A stretch of DNA of 63,524 bases, the filler included, from Malassezia furfur (lineage: Eukaryota), in NCBI GenBank assembly GCA_052055015.1. It is 29 parts of 29 records of this genome, joined end to end, with 100 filler letters (N's around TTAATTAATTAA, not from the genome) between each part and the next. Parts side by side here need not be neighbours in the genome. Positions count along the whole stretch, not along the records: positions 1 to 2,169 come from JBQJIT010000966.1; positions 2,270 to 4,424 come from JBQJIT010000968.1; positions 4,525 to 6,671 come from JBQJIT010000969.1; positions 6,772 to 8,918 come from JBQJIT010000970.1; positions 9,019 to 11,163 come from JBQJIT010000971.1; 24 more parts are not named here. One strand, given 5' to 3'. The number at the start of each line of letters is the position of its first letter. Position 1 is the stretch's first letter. Below are positions 1-11,263 of the stretch, in pieces. A program made the position numbers and the translations under genes. The notes beneath the pieces were generated by a model. That model ran no database searches. It was not told the DNA's origin and saw only the letters and a program-made list of their open reading frames with translations.

Positions 1-197
1 CCAATCCCTTTCCCCGGGGCCGGTATGCAGCTTGCGCATGCCCCCCCCTGTTCTTATAGTTAGCAATGCACGTTTCAACAGCTGCAAACATCCAGTGTGC
101 GCCGCGCGGTCCAGCGCCGCCGTGCCTTCCGCGACGCCGGCCGCGGGGCGTTGGGGCCGTGCGGGGTGTGGAGGCGCGCAACTCCAGCCGCGCCACC

Positions 198-1689
198 ATG
201 CCCGATACGCCGGGGCCCAGCAGCCCACGGCCCAACGATCTCGCGTACACGTCCAAGCATGTGTCCATGTCTGGCATCTCGTCCATCGAGGACATGCTCA
301 TCGTCGAGCAGCCGCTCCTGCGCGTGCCGATCGACGAAATGCGCAAGCAGTTCAAGACGCAGCAGCGGCTGTGGGAGCGTGACTATGTGTACTGCACGGG
401 CGTCTTGCAGGCACACGCACACGGCACCAACGTAGATACCGTGCCGAGCGACACGGAGCGCGTGCAGGATGTGCTGCAGCGCCTCCGCACCCTCCGCGAG
501 AAGCTCGCGGAACTCCAGCGCCGCGCGCTGACCCTCCTCCATGATACCCAGGCGCGCGCCGAGTACCTCGGCACGGTCTACACCGTGGGCCTTGCGTCGC
601 ACGCGTTCGAGGACTGGTGCCTCGTGCGGCTCAACCGTATGGTAGTCGACTACATGCTGCGCCGCGGCGCGTTTACCAGCGCCGAGACGCTGGCAGCGCA
701 GCAGCGCCTGGAGCCGCTCATCGACCTGCCCGTCTTTGCGCAGATCCGCAAGGTCGAGATGTCGCTTGTGCCGGACGAGGACTCGGCCCTTGCGCCGTCG
801 TGCACGACGGCCCTGGCGTGGTGCTCGGAAAACAAGGTGACGCTGCGCAAGGCGAAATCGACGCTCGAACTCGACCTGCGCGTGCAAGAGTACGTCGAGA
901 TGGTGCGCGACCGCTCGCCGGCGTCGCTGCGGAGCGCAGCACTGTATGCGCGCAAGTACCTCGTGCCGTGGCTCGGCGCGACGGGGCCGGCAGCGGCAGC
1001 GGCAGCGGCAGCGGCATTGGCGCCAGGCGGCGACGACGCGCGCGAAGGTCCGCCACCGGCCGCGCGCGAGCTCGTGTCGCGTGCGATGGGCCTGCTGGCT
1101 GCGCCGCCGGGGTCGTGGCAGTACCGCGACCTGTACGACCCGCAGCGGTGGCGGCTTCTGCGCGACTCGTTCCGGGCGATTGCGCTGCAGGTGTACGATC
1201 TGCCCCCCACGCCGTTCCTGCACCTTGCCCTGAGTGCGGGGCTGTCGGCGCTGAAGACGCATGCCTGCTACTCGACGCAGGCCAAGGAGGTAGCTATGGT
1301 GCCTACGAGCGGCCTGCCCTCGGCGGGCTCGTCCCTGTTTCTGGCCGCCAGTCTGGAGCCGGACTGCCCGTCGCAGACGGACGACCGGCACCCCGACTGC
1401 CCCGTGTGCTACACGCGCGGACTGGGCACGCTCGCGCGCGAGGTGCCGTTCAGCCACCAGGGCCAATCGCGGCTCGTGTGCCGCATTACCGGGCGCCAGA
1501 TGGACGACACGAACCCCCCCCTGTGCCTGCCGAACGGTCGCGTGTACTCCGAGGAGGTACGTGGTGCTCGCACTCACGCAGGCATTGCAGCAGCTTGCAG
1601 CTGACAGCGTCGATCGGTCGACCGTGACATGTCCGCGCACGGGTGCGCGTTTTCCGTTGGCGGCGTGTCGCAAGCTGTTCGTTTCGTAG
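198..1689 (+). CDS. FYV10: GID/CTLH complex subunit Gid9/Fyv10 (MAEA); intron 1557-1581 (25 nt)
   Basis: LisH (RLNRMVVDYMLRRG), CTLH (ALAWCSENKVTLRKAKSTLELDLRVQEYVEMVR), AGLSALKT, CPVC and PPLCLPNGRVYSEE. Removing GTACGT...CTCACGCAG gives the expected VTCPRTGARF...RKLFVS* end. The ATG at 198 lies in a CGCCACCATG context. Confidence 0.9.
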
Positions 1690-2169
1690 TCGCTTCGCGC
1701 AGCAAATCGACGCACAGTGCAGGATGCGTGACCATTGCGGGGTGGACTAGGGTTAGATGCACGCTCGCGTGCACTGGGCCGCACGCAAGTGCGCGCGCAG
1801 CACGCGCCACTCACATGGGCGCCAAGGCCCAGTCCACGTGGCATGACGTCGGTCGCGCGCCAGGGTCCCGATGTCGGGCGGTGTGATTGGCGGGGCGGGG
1901 GGCCCACCAGGACAACCCGCGCGGCCCTCGCCTGCGCACCTGGCCATTGCGTTAAGCTTCGTCCAACCCGCCACGCCGTTCGCCAGGCCCCACTCGATTG
2001 CCGCGCCGCGCTGCACCCCCGGGCGATTTCATTTTCGAGCGGGCAATCGTCGGAGTGGCGCGCTTTAGTTGCCTCTGCCTTCCGTGAACTTTTGCGAGAG
2101 CCGTTTTCGCACCGCATTGACCACGGCTGGGGCATGTCACCACCCACCTCGCCACGGCACGCGCCGCCC

Positions 2170-2269
2170 NNNNNNNNNNNNNNNNNNNNNNNNNNNNNNN
2201 NNNNNNNNNNNNNTTAATTAATTAANNNNNNNNNNNNNNNNNNNNNNNNNNNNNNNNNNNNNNNNNNNN
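2170..2269. other. Artificial contig-joining spacer (N44-TTAATTAATTAA-N44); first of 28
   Basis: Identical 100-nt blocks start at 2170, 4425, 6672, 8919, 11164, 13409, 15652, 17888, 20121, 22346, 24556, 26763, 28965, 31162, 33355, 35547, 37721, 39894, 42064, 44227, 46388, 48541, 50686, 52830, 54974, 57117, 59259 and 61394. The intervening segments shrink steadily (~2155 to ~2035 nt) and genes are cut at the spacers. Confidence 0.99.
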
Positions 2270-2327
2270 GCCCCCGCTCCCGCTGCTCCGCGCGCACCCT
2301 CGGCGACCAAGGGCATGCGTCTTGGTG

Positions 2328-3209
2328 CTACGCCGCCGGGGCGGGCGCCGGTGCCCGGGCCTGTGTATGTGCAGCACTGAGCGTGCGTGCCTGCGGTGCC
2401 TGTGCGCCCTCGGGCGGGATGCGCTTGTCGGTCTTTTGCAGTCCGCCCATCAGCGCGGCGCCCTTGGGCTTTTTCCCGAGCTGCATGCCCTTGCCCTTGA
2501 ACGGCGCGGCGGCGGGCGCCGGCTGGGCCTCGGGCATCGAGTGCACCGGCGCGGCGGCGGCGGGTGTGTCGTAGGTTTTGCCGACGCCGTGGAAGTTGTC
2601 TGCGCTGCCGAACCCCCCCTGGCGGCGCGACGCGTCGCGGCGCTGCATTTCGAGCTGCCGCGCGCGGCGCTTGAGCTCCTCCTTGGCCTCGAGCTCCTTG
2701 TTGCGCTCGATGATCTCGTGGATGCGCTCTTCGTGGCTGTCCATCTCGAGCATGGTGCGCACCTGCGAGAGCGTGACATTTTCGCGGTACCCCAGCGCGA
2801 CGATCTCGTCAAACGCCTCGAGAATCTCGAAGCAGGACAGGAGGATATCGTGCTCGTCGAGCGAATGGCACTGGTCGCTCACGGCGCGTGCGAGGAGGTG
2901 CAGTGTGTCGATGTCCTGGAGAATGTTGGAGTTCTTGGTAGTGATCAGAATCATGTACAGGTCCTCCAGCGGCTGGTACACGAACCGCACGCTGTCCGTC
3001 TCGACAAACGTGTGCTGGGAGCCGGAGTGGATGAGCTTGGGGAACGAGGCGAGCAGCGCCTCGATCCGCGAGCCGGACATTTCCCGGAACTGGCGGGAGA
3101 TGACCGCTGCGATGAGCCATTAGCACGTACGTTTTCCGCCTCGCGTCGCGATTGAAGCAGCGAGAAGCACCTGCGGTTAGTCGCCCCCGCGGGCCGCACC
3201 ACGCACCAT
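2328..3209 (-). CDS. RET2: Coatomer delta subunit (longin domain plus helical region); introns 3171-3206 (36 nt) and 3107-3130 (24 nt)
   Basis: The spliced N-terminus reads [39 protein letters not shown], followed by QHTFVET..VRFVYQPL, SNILQDIDTL, EMDSHEE and KGKGMQLGKK. Confidence 0.9.
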
Positions 3210-3338
3210 CCTGGCCGTGTCCTTCCAGGGAGGCTGCGCCGCACGCGCCCGGCCGCGACGAGCCCCGAGGCACGTGACGCGTCCGTGCCCGATCGCGCGT
3301 GGAGGCCCAGCGGGGGACGAGGGGCGCCGTCGCGGCGG

Positions 3339-3952
3339 CTACTCCAAGGCTACCTGGCGCACGCCGTTCTCGTCGACGACGCGCACGGTAAAGCTACCTA
3401 CATCCACCACGAGGCGCGTCCGCAGCTCGTTGATGCACCGCTTGAGCAGCGCGAGCGCCTCGTCGAGCGACATGTCTGGCCGGTGGTAGCGGTCCATCGT
3501 CGAGAGCGTCAGGTACGCCGCGTACCCCTGCGCCGCAAACGGCACCGGGACGAGCGTGCCGAGGTAGTCGACCCAGTACAGCTCCGGCGTCTTGGTCGGC
3601 GCGTCGTAGCCGCCGAGCAGCATGTTCACCTGGTACGGGTGCCGCGACCGGAGCGACGTCGCGATCTGTGTGCGGATCCATGCGGCCGCCGCGCGCGGGC
3701 GCAGGTCGATATTGTTGCGGATCGAGTAGAGGCGCATGTTGCGCTCGACAAAGTCGGCAAACTGGATGGTGTCGCCTGGGGTCAGTGGGGGCCGTACGTA
3801 CCCGACTCGCCGGCGTACGCCATGACGAGGCTCTTGTTCAGCTCCTTCTGCTTGTCATCGTCCGCCTTCATCTTGACGATCGATCGCGCCGCATTGTTGT
3901 CCGACGCGATGACCGTGAAGCCCTTGCCCGTGATGCCCAGGAGCGCCTCCAT
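3339..3952 (-). CDS. PRE1: 20S proteasome subunit beta-4; intron 3776-3801 (26 nt)
   Basis: MEALLGITGKGF...AGESG|DTIQFADFVERNMRLY...RSRHPYQVNMLLGGYD...LYWVDYLGT. Confidence 0.95.
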
Positions 3953-3994
3953 CGCGGTGCGAGCGAGCCAGCGCGGCGCCGCTGACGACGCCTC

Positions 3995-4000
3995 CACGTG
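3995..4000. promoter_or_regulatory. CACGTG (E-box/Cbf1-type) element in the 85-bp PRE1/MIS12 divergent promoter; recurs in other short promoters
   Basis: Also at 3271, 12154, 14282, 14289, 17169, 23830, 37691, 51096 and 61575, usually as CACGTGA or TCACGTG. Confidence 0.6.
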
Positions 4001-4037
4001 ACGCCGATCGCGCCACGCGACGCGACCTCCACCCACC

Positions 4038-4424
4038 ATGGCCGAGGACGCGGCTCGCCGGCATGTGATGCTCACGGAGCTGTTTGGCGTGCACCCCCGC
4101 GCGCTCGTCGACGCGCTTGTGGTGTCCGCCAACGAGCACCTGTACGTGCTCGGCGAGCGGCTCGAGGAGCACGTGCGTGCGCTCCTTGGCGACGCGCCCG
4201 ACGCCGACCGCGACGCGGAGCGCGGCGTGCATGCGGTGTTGACGCTGATGGAGAACGTGATTGATCATATTATGGACACGTTTGAGCTGTACTGCATGCG
4301 CTCAATTTTCGTGATCACGCCCGCGCAGTCGCGGCGCATCACGCTCGCGCACCACCGCGGCCTCGATTTGCGGACCAGCGAGGCGCCCGAGGCGCCGGCC
4401 GCGCCCGCCGACGCCGCGGCCGAG
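4038..4424 (+). CDS. MIS12: Kinetochore protein Mis12/Mtw1 (5' part)
   Basis: LTELFGVHPRALVDALV...GVHAVLTLMENVIDHIMDTFELYCMRSIF fits the Mis12 domain pattern; truncated by the spacer. Confidence 0.8.
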
Positions 4425-4524
4425 NNNNNNNNNNNNNNNNNNNNNNNNNNNNNNNNNNNNNNNNNNNNTTAATTAATTAANNNNNNNNNNNNNNNNNNNN
4501 NNNNNNNNNNNNNNNNNNNNNNNN

Positions 4525-5720
4525 TCCGCAGCCGTGCGCTCGGCGCCTTTGCCTCCCCCGGCGGCCTCCTCGGCCGGCGGACCCACGTGGCGCGGCTTGT
4601 CGTGCCACAGCGCCTCGTCCGCCGCGCCCCCGAGCTCCTCGGCGAGCCGCGTCCAGGCGTCCTTGAGCGGCGTCTGCTCTGCGGCAATCGCCTGCCACAC
4701 GGACTGCTCGTCGACGGGCGGCGCGCGGCGGTGTGCGGCGATCTGTGCCTCGAGGCGCGCACGTGCCTCGGCTTCCTGGGCGCGCGTCACGTCGGGGTCG
4801 CCGCCCTCGGCCTCGCGCGCGGCGTACGCGGCGAGGCGCGTGATGAGCGCAATGACGATCTGCTTCACGCTCACCTTGGGGTGCAGCCGCGCGCACGCCG
4901 AGAGGAGGAGCGCGAGGGTGTGGAGGTGGAAGTCGTCCGGGAAGACCTGGATGAGCACCTCCATGAGGTACTCCTGCGCGAGCACGTCCTTGCACTGGAT
5001 CACCTGCTCGAGGACGCGCGGGAGGATGGTGTGCTGGTACAGCGCGAGCGACACGCCCTCGAGCTGGCTGAGGCGCACGAGGTTGGTGCCGACGAGGATG
5101 CGCAGCTCGCGGCGCTCCGTCTCGCGCTTTTCGCGGTCGCGCGAGTGGCCGAGGTGCTGCTGGCGCACCCAGAGCTTGTTCATCTCGACGAAGTTGTGCA
5201 GGACGAACGCGATGCTGTCGCTGAGCGCGCCGCGCGGCCCGGGGGCGTCGCCGAGCGGCAGGTGGTCGCGCGTGGCGCCCGAGAGGTAGTGCCGGAGGAA
5301 GAGGCCGCGCGTCGGGTGCTGGACGCCGCGGCACATCTCCATCATGTCGGTGAGGATCTCCTGGACGGGCGCGTCCGGCACGCCGAGGTACACGCCGCCG
5401 ACCGTGACCATGAGGTAGAGGCGCGGGACGATGTGGCCGCAGTACTGCACGAGCTCGTACAGGTCGGCGAGGTGGTGCTTCTCGGCGAGGTGCGCGTCGT
5501 ACAGGTACACGGACAGGTGGCGGAGCGCGTCAAACACGGCCATGTACAGCTCGTAGTAGTGTTTCGGGGCGAGCGCCGAGGTGCGCAGCTCGCCGAGCAT
5601 GGTCGACGCGGCCTTGAGCGCGTCCATCACGCGGTCCTGGTCGAGGAAGCGCTGCAGCTGCACGCGCTGCACCTTGACGACGCCGAGCGCCTCGGCGAGC
5701 GTCTTGCTGCTCTCGTCCAT
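4525..5720 (-). CDS. VPS35: Retromer subunit Vps35 (5' part; start uncertain)
   Basis: [60 protein letters not shown] and [11 protein letters not shown]. Confidence 0.95.
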
Positions 5721-5994
5721 CTCCGCGGGCGGCGCCGGCGCGGCGGGGGCGACAGGCACGGGGCGGCGGCCGCGGTAGGTGCCGATCTCGTCCGAGTCGG
5801 AGTCGAGGTCGTACGGCGCAGGGGGCTCCCACTGCGGCGCGTCGTCGTAGGGAGCGTCGCCAGATGCAGCCGCGGGGTCCGCGGCGCCCGGAATCCTTCA
5901 CGTCCCCACGCCCGTGGTTGGCGCGTGCCGAGCGCCGCGCGGCGCCCGTGCCGGAGCTCCGCGCGTCGGCCGAGCGGCCCCGGCCCCCTCCACC

Positions 5995-6671
5995 ATGCGG
6001 CGGGCGGCGGCGCACGAGGTGCGGGCGCGCACGCCGGTGGGCGCGGGCGCCGACGACGAGCGCGCCGCGTTTCTGCGGGATGAGGTGTATGCGGACGACG
6101 ACACACACGACGTGCCGAAGCGCCCCGGGCTGCGCGCGCGCCTGTTCCAGCTCGTGCGCTGGCGCCGGCCGCGCGCAGCGCCCGGCAACCGCACGGTGCC
6201 GTTCGACGCCGCGGCGCGCGCGCGCCTGCGCTTTGCGCCGAACGTCGTGCGCAACCAGAAGTACAGTGTCGTGACGTTCCTGCCGTACGTGCTGTACGAG
6301 CAGTTCAAGTTCTTCTTCAACCTCTACTTCCTGCTCGTCGCGCTCAGCCAGTTTGTGCCGGCGCTCAAGATCGGCTTCCTCGCGACGTATATAGCGCCGC
6401 TGTCGTTCGTGCTGTGCGTCACGATCGGCAAGGAGGCCGTCGACGACTACGCGCGGCACCAGCGCGACGCCGAGGCGAACAGCGCGCCGTACGCGGTGCT
6501 GGTGCCGGCGCCGGGCGGCGGCACCGCCGTCGACGTCGTGCCCGCGAGCCGCCTGCGCGTCGGCGACCTCGTGCTGCTGCACAAGAACCAGCGCGTGCCC
6601 GCGGACCTCGTGCTGCTCAAGACGTACGCGGCGGACGCGGCGGACGACGCCGCCGACGAGCCGGCGCAGCG
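5995..6671 (+). CDS. NEO1: P4-ATPase phospholipid flippase Neo1/ATP9 (5' part)
   Basis: NVVRNQKYSVVTFLPYVLYEQFKFFFNLYFLLVALSQ...KEAVDD...VGDLVLLHKNQRVPADLVLLKT. Confidence 0.92.
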
Positions 6672-6771
6672 NNNNNNNNNNNNNNNNNNNNNNNNNNNNN
6701 NNNNNNNNNNNNNNNTTAATTAATTAANNNNNNNNNNNNNNNNNNNNNNNNNNNNNNNNNNNNNNNNNNNN

Positions 6772-7482
6772 CGACGCCGGCGCCCACCACGGTGCAGAGC
6801 ACGGCGGCCGGCGCGGCGCCGACGGACCCCTCGCAGACGACCGAGCCCGTGGGGGTCGCCGAGACGGCCGCGCCGCAAAAGAGCGGCCCGTCGCTCGGGT
6901 TTGGCGCGTTTGCCGCGCGTTCTGCGCCATTCAAGTCGGCGACGGCGCTGAGCGACAAGGCCAAGGCGGGCAAGGACGACGCGACGAACTGGACCAAGGC
7001 GGAGTCGTCCGAGTCGGCGCCGACGCCGCCCGACGCGGAGGACATTGTGGTGCGCAAGCGTGCGATCCAGAAGCCCGACGCAGAGCTGACGACCGGCGAG
7101 GAGGAGGAGGAGACGGTCGCGGCGACGCGCGCGAAGCTGTACACGATGGCCAAGGACCACTCGTGGAAGGAGCGCGGGACGGGTGTATTGAAGCTGAACC
7201 GCAAAGCCGGCGGCGATGCGACGAGTGCGCGGCTGGGTACGTGGTGCGACGACTCACACAGTGATGCGGTCCGACGCGGTCCTGCGCGTGATCCTCAACG
7301 TGAAGCTGTTTGCCGGGATGCAGTGCCACGTGGAGCAGGAGCGGTTTTTGCGCATCGTCGCGATGGAGCAGGACGGGCTGGTGCACTTTGCGCTGAAGCT
7401 GGCCAACGCGCACGAGGCCGAGAGCTTCTTGGCGGAGCTGCAGCAAAACATACCCGCGCAGCCGGGCGCGGCGGCGAAGTAG
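6772..7482 (+). CDS. YRB2: Ran-binding domain protein (Yrb2/RanBP3-like, 3' part); intron 7237-7261 (25 nt)
   Basis: TGEEEEET...RAKLY...WKERGTGVLKLN...ARL|VMRSDAVLRVILN; an FG-like GFGAF lies upstream. Confidence 0.75.
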
Positions 7483-7547
7483 TGTGCGTAGGTGGGAGCG
7501 TACATGCGGGTCGTTGACCTCTACGGAGCCCAAGGGTATCTGCTTGG

Positions 7548-8918
7548 CTACTGCGCAAAGTGCAGCGTGGTCTGTGTGCCGTCGGTGGTGAGCTTCTCGA
7601 TCGCCGGCGCAAGGCCCGTGGTGGGGTCGGGCGCAGGAGTGGTCTCGGACGGGCGTGCGCTGCTGCTGCTGCTGCTGCTGCTGCTCGCCGTGTCCTTGCG
7701 CCGCTCGAGACTCTTGCGGTTGAGACGGTTCATCCGCTCGCTCTCCTTGCTCTTGCGCTCCGCCTCGCGCTCCGCGTTGCGCTCGGCGACCTGCTCCTCG
7801 GTGAGCGTGTTCTTCACGTCGTCGTCGTCGTCGTCGTGGTCGTGCTCCGTGGCGTTGCTCTGCTTCTCGGTCGAGGCCTGGTCGAGGCGCATGTGCCGCA
7901 TGCGCACATTGTTCACCACATCCGCCTTGCCGCGCGGCAGGCGCGGGAGCTGCAGTTTGTTGTGCGCCACCATGACCGGCACCGACGACTTCTGCACGAG
8001 GTAGTGGCTCATGCTGCCGAGCACGCCGCGGATCGTCTCGATGCCGCGGCTCCCGACAATCACCATCGTCGGCGAGTAGAAGTCGATCAGCGACAGCAGC
8101 ATGTGCCGCGCGTTGCGCGCGTGCACCGCCTGGCAGGACACGCGCACCGCGAGCTGCGTGCGCTGCAGCAGCACGAACGCCTGGTGTGCGAGCAGCACGG
8201 CCATGTCCTGGCGCATGCGCTGCCGCGCGGCGCTGCGGTTCAGCTCAAAGAGGTGGTGGTCGTCCGGGAAGTCGAGCTTCGTCTCGGTCTCCATCACCGA
8301 CACGATGAGGGTCTCGTCGCCGTCGCGCAGCACGGTGCCCATCGCCCAGTTGATCGCGTACTGGGAGCCCTCGCTGCCGTCGCTCGCGACGACGTAGCGC
8401 TTCGGGCGCGCGGTCTGCTGCGCCGCCGCGCGGTAGTCGCCGTACTCCATCATCACCGTGCACCGGTTGCGCGCGAACAGCGGTCCCTTGGTCGCGAGCT
8501 TCGGCCGCCCCGGCGGGGACACGGGCAGGTCCGACGCGACGTACAGGTTGCGCTGGCTCTCGAGCTCCTTCTCGTTGCGCGAGAAGACGATGTTGGGCGC
8601 CGTCTGGAACTCGTCCGCGGCGGGGTCGAGCAGGTCCTCGTCCTCGTAGTTCGTCATCGCCGAGCGGTCGTAGCCGTCGGACGCGTAGCACCCCAGCGAG
8701 TGGGCGTTGTACAGCGTGTTCTTCAGCGTGTCGACGTCAAAGTCCTCGTCGGCCGCCTCGTCGTCGTCGTCGCCGCCGTCGTCGGTAAACACGACCGACT
8801 CGTCGTCGGTCGAGTAGGTGCTGGCCGCGTCGTCCGCCTCCTCCTCGCGCTCCGTGTCGGTGCCGGGCGCCGACGCCGCCGAGCGCGCGGGCGCCGAGCG
8901 CAGCGACAGGCTGCTGCG
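7548..8918 (-). CDS. Fungal universal stress protein (USP-A domain) family protein (3' part)
   Basis: RYVVASDGSEGSQYAINWAMGTVLRDGD...IVGSRG...GVLGSMSHYLVQKSSVPVMVA. Confidence 0.85.
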   Translation of the reverse strand, partial: RSSLSLRSAPARSAASAPGTDTEREEEADDAASTYSTDDESVVFTDDGGDDDDEAADEDFDVDTLKNTLYNAHSLGCYASDGYDRSAMTNYEDEDLLDPAADEFQTAPNIVFSRNEKELESQRNLYVASDLPVSPPGRPKLATKGPLFARNRCTVMMEYGDYRAAAQQTARPKRYVVASDGSEGSQYAINWAMGTVLRDGDETLIVSVMETETKLDFPDDHHLFELNRSAARQRMRQDMAVLLAHQAFVLLQRTQLAVRVSCQAVHARNARHMLLSLIDFYSPTMVIVGSRGIETIRGVLGSMSHYLVQKSSVPVMVAHNKLQLPRLPRGKADVVNNVRMRHMRLDQASTEKQSNATEHDHDDDDDDVKNTLTEEQVAERNAEREAERKSKESERMNRLNRKSLERRKDTASSSSSSSSSARPSETTPAPDPTTGLAPAIEKLTTDGTQTTLHFAQ

Positions 8919-9018
8919 NNNNNNNNNNNNNNNNNNNNNNNNNNNNNNNNNNNNNNNNNNNNTTAATTAATTAANNNNNNNNNNNNNNNNNNNNNNNNNN
9001 NNNNNNNNNNNNNNNNNN

Positions 9019-10149
9019 TGGGCGCGTCCGGCGGCGCGTCGGGCGCGTCGGGCGCATCCGGCGCGCCGGCCGCCGACTCGCTCACGGGCACGTCGAGCTT
9101 CTCGACCTTGTACCCAAAGAACAGCTGGCCGAACGGCAGATGCAGCGCCGCCGGCACGCGCTTTTCGTCGAGGAGCGTGTCGTTGTGCACGATCGTCGGG
9201 CGGCTGCGTCAGCATATCACACGTACTCGGTGCGGCGCACACGGCTCGCGGGGTCGTGCGGCGTGATCGGCTTGTCCTTCTTGCCCTTGGTCTTTTTGCC
9301 GCTGAGCGTCTCGCCGAGGCCGCGGAACGGCGTGGCGCCCGACGTGCCTGCGGGGCGCACCGCGTCGTACTTGTCCGTGTCGATGCGGAGGCGCGACGCC
9401 ATCGACGGCCCCGGGTCGCGCGGCTTGGGCGCCGGCTCGACGTAGCCCTTGGGCGGCGCAAAGTCCACCTCCAAGTCCGTCTCGATGATCGAGATGCCCT
9501 CGGCGTCCGGCGTGACCTCCATAATCAGGATCTCGAACGTGAGGCAGTTGTAGCTGATCTCGATAATGTCGCCTGGCGTGAGCGTGGGGTAGTTGCGCAG
9601 CGCCTGCTCGAGCACCGCCTTGGGGTCGCTGATCTCGAGGAAGTCGACCGTCTGCGGCTGGAGCTTGACAAACTTGCCCTTGGGCAGGCGCGTGCCCTGG
9701 ACGTGGATGGGGTCGCCGTCGCGCAGTTCGAGCATGCGCATCATCCACGCGGGCAGGTACACGACGCCCTCCTCGGCGATGAATTCGACGACGCCGCCGT
9801 GCGTCGTTTTGTGCTCGCCGCGGCCGGTGCTGCGCAGCGTGAACGTCCACGGGGACTCGAGCTCCAAGTCGGCTGGGGTCAGCGCGTCGACGTACTGATC
9901 GTCGCGAGCGCGGACGGCGGCATGATGATCTTGCCGCCGTACGAGACGTCGTTGCGCTCGCGCTGCCGGAACTGCGACATGCTGTATGCCTTGAAGTATT
10001 CCTCGTAGGACTGCGGCGGCGCGGGCAGGCGGTGCTCGAAGCCGCCCATCAGACCGTCGAACCCGCCCCAGCGCCCCGCGCCGAGGTGGGTCGGGAGTTG
10101 TCCGAACTGCGCGGTGAGCCTTGGGGTGCGCCCAACGTACCATGTCCAT
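9019..10149 (-). CDS. UFD1: Ubiquitin fusion degradation protein Ufd1; introns 10107-10140 (34 nt), 9873-9895 (23 nt), 9204-9226 (23 nt); 3' end truncated
   Basis: YGGKIIMPPSAL, THGGVVEFIAEEG..YLP.WMM, LPKGKFVKLQPQ, ISDPKAVLE, SIIETDLEVDFAPP.GY and PAALHLPFGQLFFG. The introns are required to join the frames. Confidence 0.95.
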
Positions 10150-10236
10150 CGTTGCCACCGGTGGAGTGTGTGGAGGCTGACTCAGCCGTGTGGGGAAGCG
10201 GGCGCCGGCGCCGGTGCGGCGGCCTGCTCCCGGACC

Positions 10237-10958
10237 ATGTCGATGCCGTCGCTGATCAAGCAGCTCGCCAAGTTTTCGTCGTGCGAGGTCGCCGATGCGC
10301 TGATCAAGCTGAAGCTGCCGCACGGCGGGTACCTGCCGGGCATCGAGATGTACTCGCCGCAGCACATTGCTGGCGAGGCGTCCGTGTGTGGCCCTGCGTT
10401 CACGGTGCAGGTAAGTGTGCGCGATCGCTGACGATCGCGCAGATGGTGCTGCAGAGCGACACGGCTGCGCCGAAGCCCGACAAGCACTTTGTCGATGCGG
10501 CGGAGCCCGGGAGTGTGATGCTGATTTCGACGCCGTCGTCGACGCGCTCGGCGGTGTGGGGCGGACTGATGACGGCGCGTGCGCAGCACCTGGGCGTGCA
10601 GGGGGTGGTGCTGGACGGGCGGTGCCGCGATCTCGGCGAGCACCGTGCGAGCAACTTCCCGGTGTTTGCGCGCGGGCACTCGGTGCTGGGCCAGTCGCCG
10701 TTCACGCGGCCGTCGCAGCTGCAGGTGCCGCTGGAGATTGCGGACCCCACGGCGGGCGGCGCGTTCCCGGCGGTGACGGTGCACCCCGGCGACGTGCTGC
10801 TTGCGGACGTCGACGGCGTGGTGAGTGTGCCGCGCGACCTCGTGGAGCAGGTCGTGGAGCTTGCGCAGAAGGGCCGCGACGTCGATGGGCGGTGCATGGA
10901 GGATCTGCGCGCGGGTGCGGGCATTAAAGAGACGTTTGCACGGCACCGGGGCAAGTAG
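10237..10958 (+). CDS. RraA/HMG-aldolase family protein (YER010C-like); intron 10411-10442 (32 nt)
   Basis: FSSCEVADAL, AVWGGLMTARA..LG..GVVLDGRCRD and VHPGDVLLADVDGVVSVP. Confidence 0.85.
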
Positions 10959-11263
10959 CCGTCGCTAGCGAGCGAGACTATGGGATGAGGCGGCTCTGGC
11001 GCGCGCGGCCCGCGTGGTTGCCCGCGCGCGTGTCGAGCGAGCGGCGCGGCGCGAGCATGCGCACGGCCTCGCGGAGGATGGCAAAGAGCGACGCGGTGAT
11101 CTGCCCGCCGACGTACGTGAGCGCGGTGGCGTTGCGCGCGAGCGGCGTCGTGGCGTCGCCGTGNNNNNNNNNNNNNNNNNNNNNNNNNNNNNNNNNNNNN
11201 NNNNNNNTTAATTAATTAANNNNNNNNNNNNNNNNNNNNNNNNNNNNNNNNNNNNNNNNNNNN

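Noticed and set aside
10151..10187. Rpn4 PACE-like GGTGGCAAC and a GGCTGACTCAGCC bZIP-like palindrome in the UFD1/RraA promoter
   Set aside because: Single occurrences. The PACE-like match abuts the start codon and is absent from the PRE1 promoter, so it is too weak to call.
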